From positions 156,180,001-156,244,000 of the forward strand of contig NC_086097.1 in NCBI RefSeq assembly GCF_963921235.1: a stretch of DNA of 64,000 nt, written 5' to 3'. Below the pieces are notes generated by a model that made no database searches, was not told the origin of the DNA, and worked only from the letters and a program-made list of their open reading frames with translations. The position numbers and the translations under genes are program-made. The stretch is from Mobula hypostoma (Eukaryota). This document shows, piece by piece, positions 59,922-64,000 of the stretch (position 1 is its first letter; every line of letters starts with the position of its first letter).

Positions 59922-61566
59922 CAGCAGCTGCCCATTTGTTGTCCAAAATCTTCATGAACAGAAGTTGAAAATTTACCTGAACTGATTAATGTTGAAGACT
60001 TTTGGATATTCAATATACCTATTCAATTTGCCCACCGTCATTGGTGGAAAAAAAATGAACAATGAATATTTTATCTCTATTCTACCTTAAGGAAAATATT
60101 ATCCAAGCATATTCCTGTATTTCCTTAGTCTTCACAGTTATTTCTAAATAGGAATCAGGAGTTGAAATTCTGACTGCCTTGTGTAATTGTTTTAGGGCTG
60201 CCAGTGACTAAAGAGCTGTGGCACAATCAAGAAGGGCAGAAAAGTGTTATTGAAGAAGACATTTAGGCATGTTTCTTCGATGCTTAAGAAGTGCTGTAAG
60301 ATATACTGTTCAATGCATTAATAAATGCTTTATTTAATAATTGATCAAGAGGACAGAGACAGTGGTAAAGACAAGTTGCAGATCAATAAGTGGCTAGGTA
60401 TAAATGAGCAAGTATAAATACCTACTCAACACTTGATTTATCTTGTCTTCTTACCAATTATCTTCAACCTTGGAGAGGGAGGTCATGGAGTGCAGGGAAA
60501 TGCCCTCCAGTATAAATCTTGTTCCCTAATCAAGATATTAATACACAGCAAACTTGCAGGATTAAAGGAAAGATATTGAGAAGTGAAATGAAGCAATGAT
60601 CAATACAGTATGATGCTTTCTGGGTACAATGATGGGGCCATTAGCTTGGTTAATGAATCTGAGATTGCATTCTATTTTGTCAAGGGAATACCTGCCTTCT
60701 CCAACTCCCAAAGTAATAACTTAGCTATTAAGAGATTAGGTGAATCTCTATGTTCTGGAACCACAGTCTCTTAGGAATTACACTCAGCCTGCATCAGGTC
60801 TTATTTCAATTGTAAAGCCATCAAAATCAACAGTCATAAAAATACACCTATTGTCAAGGTCATTATAAATCAGGAGAAATGCAGGTGAACTCAAGGTGCA
60901 AGTTACTTTAACGCTAATACACACATCTGTTCCATCCACTTCTTCATGATTTGCTGGGTGTCTTTGAGTTGAGCAGCACCAGTGTTTCTTCCTGCATAGA
61001 TTTCTTTCTTGGTGATGAGACAATAGGGATGAAGAGAATAAGAAATTAGAGACACTCAATAAAGTGCTTCTTTCAATTTTTATCAGAGGATCTGCCTTAC
61101 CATCGGTAACAAGTAATGGAAATTTAAAGGAAATGTAAATTGTAACAGATATAATACAGGCTTTTGTTTCTTACTCTCATACAATACCAAAATCCATGAT
61201 CGTACCACATCCCCACAACACATCTAACCATTCAAAGATTTAATCCAGGTGGTTGGTTGTAACCGCACAGGTCTATTGTAAGTGCAAATGTGTCACCATT
61301 GGCAACAAGTTCTATTCTTTCTGCTTTAATTTCATGTGTTATAGCAGCCTACTAAATTAATATAGACACCTGCTATTTTTATTCCTCTTCCTGTTTTACC
61401 CCGAGTATCATGTTGGCACATCAGGCCCTTCTTGCCATACTAGGTGTCCACCAACTTACTATTCTCTGACTTCTTCATTTGTGGAGTGACCATTGAACTG
61501 GAGTATTTCACATTTTGTGTGTCCTGCAATGGCTCAGGAGCTTATTCTGCATGCATTAGGTATATG

Positions 61567-63101
61567 ATTTTGGTAAATGATTGCCAACACTCCTACTATA
61601 ACCTCCGCCAATTCCCTCAGCAGGGAATCAGGACCAGGGGACTTCAGACCCTCTAGACTCTGGGCAGGTCCCAGCAGATTGAATGTCATGCCATTTTTTG
61701 AAAAAGGGTGTAGGCAAAAGACAGGCAACTATAGGCCAGTTTGCTTAACATCTGTAGTCGGGAAAATGTGTGAAGCTGTCATTAAGGAAGAAATAGTGAA
61801 ACATTTAGAAAGGAGTGGTTCCATTAGACAGACGTTGCATGGATTCAGAAATGGTAGGTTCTGTTTGACAAACTTACTGAAGTTCTTTGAGGACATAATG
61901 AGTGCAGTGGATAGAACGGAACAGGTGGATGTAGTAAACTTGGATTTCCAGAAGGTGTTCAATAAGGTGCCGCACAAGAGACTTATAAATAAGATACGGA
62001 TGCATGGAGTTGGAAGAAGTGTATTGGCATGGATAGTGGATTGGTTAACTAATAGAAGGTAGAGAGTTGGTGTTTCTCCAGTTGGCAGTCAGTGGTGAGT
62101 GGGGTGCCGCAGGGGTCCGTGCTGTTTACCATTCATATTGATGATTTGGAAGGAGGGACTGAGTGTAGCGTAGCAAAATTTGCTGATGACACTAAACTGA
62201 GTGGAAAAGCAAATTGTACAGAGGATGTGGAGATTCTGCAGAGAGATATAGATAGGTTAAGTGAATGGGCCAAGGTCTGGCAGATGGAATACAACATTGG
62301 TAAATGCAAGAGCCTCCACTTTGGAATGAATGATAGAAGAGCAGATTATTATTTAAATGGTGAAAGATTGCAGCATACTGTTGTGCAGAGGGACTTGGGA
62401 GTGCTTGTGCATGAGTCGCGAAAAGTTGGCTTGCAGTTACAACAGGTTATTAAGAAGGCGAACGGGATGTTGGGCTTCATTGCTAGAGGGATTGAATTTA
62501 ATAGCAGGGAGGTCATGCTGCAACTATACAGGCTTCACCTGGAGTACTGTGTGCAGTTCTGGTCTCCATACTTGAGGAAGGATATACTCCCTTTGGAGGC
62601 AGTGCAGAGGAGGTTCACCAGGTTGATTCCAGAGATGAAGGGGTTAACCTATGAGGAGAGATTGAGTCGCCTGGGACTATACTCTCTGGAATTCAGAAGA
62701 AGAAGAGGGGATCTTATAGAAACATACAACATTTTGAAAGGGGTAGATAAGATAGAAGTAGGAAAGTTGTTTCCATTAGTAGGTGAGACTAGAACTTGGG
62801 GACATTGCCTCAAGATTCAGGGGAGAAGATTTAGAACGGAGATGAGGAGAAACTGTTTTTCCCAGAGAGTGGTGAATCTGTGGATTTCTCTGCCCAGGGA
62901 AGCAGTTGAGGCTTCTTCACTAAATATATTTAAGATACAGTTAGATAGATTTTTACATAGTAGGCGATTTAAGGGTTATAGGGAAAAGGCAGGTAGATAG
63001 GGCTGAGTTTACGGACAGGTCAGCCATGATCTTATTGAATGGCGGGGCAGGCTCGATGGGCCGGATGGCCTACTCTTGCTCCTATTTCTTATGTTCTTAT
63101 G
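61567..63101 (+). mobile_element. CR1 LINE RT and 3' end with a short inverted 5' segment
   Basis: Sense part from about 61651 (LDSGQVPAD, YRPVCLTS, AKFADDTK) with tail ttcttatgttcttatg; antisense part about 61567-61656; TSD TATGATTTTG. Confidence 0.9.
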
Positions 63102-64000
63102 ATTTTGTTTTTAAAAACTGATAAAATGATCAACTGATACAAATACCACGAGATTTGAGGGCCTTCACTTCTTCCTTGAACAGGGCTTAATCTTCCAAAA
63201 CAAACTTTTCATCTGGCTGAATTCTCACATTAATCAACTTCCTCCAACTTTATTCACTTTCGCCAGATTGAAGTTACATTTTTGGAGGTTAAATGCAGAA
63301 GGGAAATACAGAGTATACAGCGGGAGCATTGATAAACTGAGAGATGCTGGGTGAAAGTGAATAGCTTCTGAAAGTGGCTCCTTGTATGGCCCCAAGTATG
63401 GCTATTTTTCAGTGTAATATGTGGAATATTTTTTTGTTTCAGTCTTTTAAGTCTGCTCCTATCAATAAATGCATTGGTGTTGTTGCACTCATAGAAAACT
63501 CAAAAATGTTATAATTTTTGTCAGCATTTTCCACCCTGCTTTCACCTCCACTTGGTACATCTCTGACTGTCCCTTCACTTTCCAGATCTCTCCATTTTTA
63601 CCTCAGGGTACAGACTCATCACAAACAACCATTACATGCCATCAGACTCCACAGGCATATAGACTTAACTTCGTCTACTTCGGCCTCCCATAAGGACGTT
63701 GTTTGATTTTTTCAGCTCCTCTGCCTTCTGTCACATTTGCTAGTCAATGTTGACCCGCAGGACAAAGGTGATGGAGAATTCAACACAGTAAATGTCAAAG
63801 GTTGGTGGTTGCGTCCTTTCCTGTTGGAGATGATTATTTCGCAGCTGTTATCTGCTGCTGATTTATACCTGAATGTTGTCTAAATCTTGATGCATGCAGA
63901 TGTGGACTTGCTCATTATCTGAATAATTGCTAACAGAACTATTTTATATTGTACAGATTTAAAAAAAAAATCCTGTAGACTGTCTACTCAGTTAGAATAT

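Noticed and set aside
60784..61059. Minus-strand 91-aa ORF or terminal exon after a pyrimidine tract
   Set aside because: No recognisable protein in any frame and no partner exons identified.
1..64000. CRISPR arrays, rRNA or prokaryote-type operons
   Set aside because: No repeat-spacer arrays, rRNA similarity or dense coding; the sequence is eukaryotic repeat-rich DNA.

Overview
Repeat-dense vertebrate genomic DNA, most likely from a cartilaginous fish (inferred from an HE1/V-SINE-like element and the CR1, Rex/Babar and Penelope content). No host protein-coding gene can be called with confidence. The long ORFs that can be identified belong to transposable elements. These include many 5'-truncated CR1 and Rex1/Babar LINEs of different ages, an RTE LINE, a HERO-like RLE element end, a Penelope element with inverted pLTR and hammerhead-ribozyme motifs, tRNA-derived SINEs, and Tc1, hAT and Tigger-like DNA transposons in part nested three deep. 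There are also two solo LTRs and one 5.0 kb two-LTR Gmr1-like Gypsy element whose pol has lost its catalytic cores by in-frame deletions. Most notable are that Gypsy derivative, a CR1 with a twin-priming-type 5' inversion, and the Penelope hammerhead family. A few weak plus-strand exon candidates lie in unique sequence. Family names come from recalled protein motifs, not database searches, and boundaries without a stated TSD are approximate.
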